A stretch of DNA of 64,000 nucleotides, taken from assembly GCA_009691445.1 (NCBI GenBank), contig SICL01000001.1:129738-193737 (forward strand), written 5' to 3'. The notes beneath the pieces are model-generated. The model was not told the origin of the DNA. It made no database searches and saw only the letters and a list, made by a program, of their open reading frames with translations. Every line of letters starts with the position of its first letter. The stretch's first letter is position 1. Made by a program: the position numbers and the translations under genes. Origin of the DNA: Candidatus Taenariivivens baikalensis (GTDB lineage: Bacteria > Omnitrophota > Omnitrophia > Omnitrophales > Aquincolibacteriaceae). Positions 58,961 through 64,000 of this stretch are shown piece after piece.

Positions 58961-59836
58961 TTATCTGAAGAGATTGTGATAAATCTGGCGGGTCGCATTC
59001 GATTTATTCAGGGTGTAAAAATGCAAGCCGGGTACTCCCCCATCAATTAATTCCCGACACTGGCGTGTTGTAAACTCAATCCCGTAAGCTTCAATAGCGA
59101 TTTGATTTTCTCCGTATTTCTGAATCGCCTGATTCATTTCATCCGGAATCGATGCACCGCACATTTGTGCGAACTTCTGGATCTGCGGACCCTGGGTCAC
59201 AGGCATAATTCCGGGCACAATCGGAATTGAGATCCCTATTTTCCGGGCCCGCTCCACAAAATGGAAATACTTCCGGTTGTCAAAAAAGAGCTGAGTGATC
59301 ACAACATCCGCGCCCTGATCCACTTTGTGTTTGAGATTTTTGAGATCCAGATCCTTGTCCTTGCATTCCACGTGACCTTCTGGATACCCCGCAATCGCTA
59401 AAGAGAAGGCTCTCGATAAGGTTGGATGTCTGCGAATAAAATTCACAAGTTCAGAAGCGTGCGTAAATCCATTAGAAACTGGTTTAAACTCCGTTTCTCC
59501 TTTCGGAGGATCGCCGCGCAACGCGACAATATTTTCGATGCCGCTGGATTGAAGATCCGCCAGGACTTTTTCGATTTCATCACGGGTATGAGCTACACAG
59601 GTTAAATGCGCAGCCGCTTCAATTCCAATTTCCTTTTTAATCTTGCTGACAATTCTGAGAGTATTGGAACGGGTCGTTCCCAAAGCACCATAAGTAACGG
59701 AAATAAAGGAGGGCTTGAGTTCTTTAAGCTCCCGGGCAACTTCAAAAAGTTTCAACTCCCCCTCATCCGTCTTGGGAGGAAAAAATTCAAAAGAGACAGT
59801 ACATTTCTGCTTCGCGTAATAGTCTTTGATCTTCAT
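58961..59836 (-). CDS. metF: 5,10-methylenetetrahydrofolate reductase
   Basis: SFEFFPPKT start and MTHFR family pattern; diverges from metH across a 54 bp spacer. Confidence 0.88.
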   Translation of the reverse strand: MKIKDYYAKQKCTVSFEFFPPKTDEGELKLFEVARELKELKPSFISVTYGALGTTRSNTLRIVSKIKKEIGIEAAAHLTCVAHTRDEIEKVLADLQSSGIENIVALRGDPPKGETEFKPVSNGFTHASELVNFIRRHPTLSRAFSLAIAGYPEGHVECKDKDLDLKNLKHKVDQGADVVITQLFFDNRKYFHFVERARKIGISIPIVPGIMPVTQGPQIQKFAQMCGASIPDEMNQAIQKYGENQIAIEAYGIEFTTRQCRELIDGGVPGLHFYTLNKSNATRQIYHNLFR

Positions 59837-59890
59837 AAGGGCACCTATGGTATCGAAACCCCCTTAACCGTTCAAGCGCTTTGTGTTAGA

Positions 59891-63337
<3,447 letters not shown>

Positions 63338-63356
63338 AACAACCAACAAAGCCCTG

Positions 63357-63420
63357 CCATTGCCTGCGAAGCGATGCAATCGAGAGAGATCAGCACGCCC
63401 TACGGCCTCGCGCGATGACC
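63357..63420. repeat. Structured intergenic repeat (copy C, inverted relative to A)
   Basis: CCATTGCCTGCGAAGCGATGCAATCGAG...CCTCGCGCGATGACC aligns with the reverse complement of copy A at about 23 of 27 positions at one end, with conserved terminal ends. It lies between convergent metH and the M48 gene. Confidence 0.55.
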
Positions 63421-63432
63421 GTTTTGACTTTT

Positions 63433-64000
63433 TTAAAACCAAGCTCCATGTTTGGGCGCAGCTGGGGTGGGTTCTTCCTGATCAGGATGAGGCGACGTAT
63501 TGGGATGAGCGTCTATTGAAGGCTGGAACATAATTGAGGCATTTGCGATAGGTTTTTCCTGGCTTTTATTCATCAGTTGCCGGATTTCATCCAAAGCATC
63601 TTTTTTAAATTCAATCTCAGGTTCTTTCCGGTTCACTTTTTTTAGCGCATTCGCTAAATAGTTTTGCCGGTCCTGAAAAGGCGGATGGGTGTTAAGAAAA
63701 ATAACAAACCGGTTCACATCCGACATTGGAATTTTTGTCAGCCTATCGACAAACTGTGCGTAGCCAAATGGGTCGTAACCGGCTTTAAGCAAATAGCGGA
63801 TGGTAGATTCGTCCGCCACAATCTCTTCGTCCTTGCTGAAGCGCTTCACAATTTTCGGAGCTGCGCTGCCAAGACCTCGTAATCCAGTTTTCGCAGCCGT
63901 TCCGTAAGTCCCAATCGCGCCTGAAGCAAATTCGCTACCCGAAAGCAGCATCCCATAAACTCTTTGGATTTTGGCGTGAGAGGGTATGTTGTCGTATTCA
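63433..64000 (-). CDS. M48-family (BepA/HtpX-like) metallopeptidase, C-terminal part; the 5' end runs off the window
   Basis: FLNTHPPFQDRQNYL matches the conserved C-terminal THP...R block of M48 peptidases. The reading frame continues open past position 64000. Pro-rich tail. Confidence 0.55.
   Translation of the reverse strand, partial: EYDNIPSHAKIQRVYGMLLSGSEFASGAIGTYGTAAKTGLRGLGSAAPKIVKRFSKDEEIVADESTIRYLLKAGYDPFGYAQFVDRLTKIPMSDVNRFVIFLNTHPPFQDRQNYLANALKKVNRKEPEIEFKKDALDEIRQLMNKSQEKPIANASIMFQPSIDAHPNTSPHPDQEEPTPAAPKHGAWF

Overview
This is a 64 kb bacterial chromosomal segment of about 45-48% GC. Nearly all genes sit on the minus strand and are tightly packed, with many ATGA-type start/stop overlaps. 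The ORF track uses TTG/GTG starts in several places; some starts were re-assigned to internal ATGs where the longer call ran into the upstream gene. Stop codons TAA, TAG and TGA are all in use, so this is the standard genetic code. The left end is partly ordinary and partly unusual; the rest is a long run of housekeeping genes.

- **1-12.5 kb, glycan biosynthesis operon:** six GT4/GT1 glycosyltransferases, one GT2 glycosyltransferase, three distinct SAM-dependent methyltransferases (class I, FkbM-type, and one with an N-terminal zinc-ribbon), a glutamine-dependent asparagine synthetase (AsnB) and a Wzx-like flippase.
- **12.5-21.8 kb, unusual membrane module:** two HTTM domain proteins, one of them a DCC1-like thiol-disulfide oxidoreductase + HTTM + lipase-maturation-factor-like fusion; a PMT/ArnT-family (GT39) GT-C enzyme; a second putative GT-C-like membrane protein; a membrane-anchored SGNH-like protein; one more GT4. 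This is the best candidate for an undescribed system in the window, possibly a quinone/thiol-redox-linked glycan or protein modification pathway.
- **21.8-64 kb, housekeeping genes:** two TPM-domain genes with LemA, the DNA mismatch-repair genes mutS-mutL, a flotillin, tsaE, thiL, a CPBP protease, tatD, metG, holB, tmk, cysS, gltX, an ispD/ispF fusion, a YacL-like PIN/TRAM protein, mlaDFE, an AsmA-like protein, ilvE, the arginine-kinase/Clp module mcsA-mcsB-clpC, lolDE, lysS, metF and metH diverging from a shared 54 bp region, and a partial M48 peptidase at the right edge. The gene mix (Mla and Lol systems together with McsAB and YacL) suggests an uncultured diderm lineage.

Other points worth attention:
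- A family of short structured intergenic repeats with terminal inverted repeats CATTGCGAG/CTCGCAATG occurs in at least three copies, with a possible degenerate fourth and fifth.
- Two adjacent stand-alone GspE-N/MshEN-like domain proteins carry c-di-GMP-binding-type motifs.
- One small plus-strand gene has a near-consensus sigma70 promoter, looks leaderless, and converges head-on into gltX.
- A 480 bp ORF-poor region may hold a decayed gene.

No rRNA, tRNA or CRISPR array was seen.
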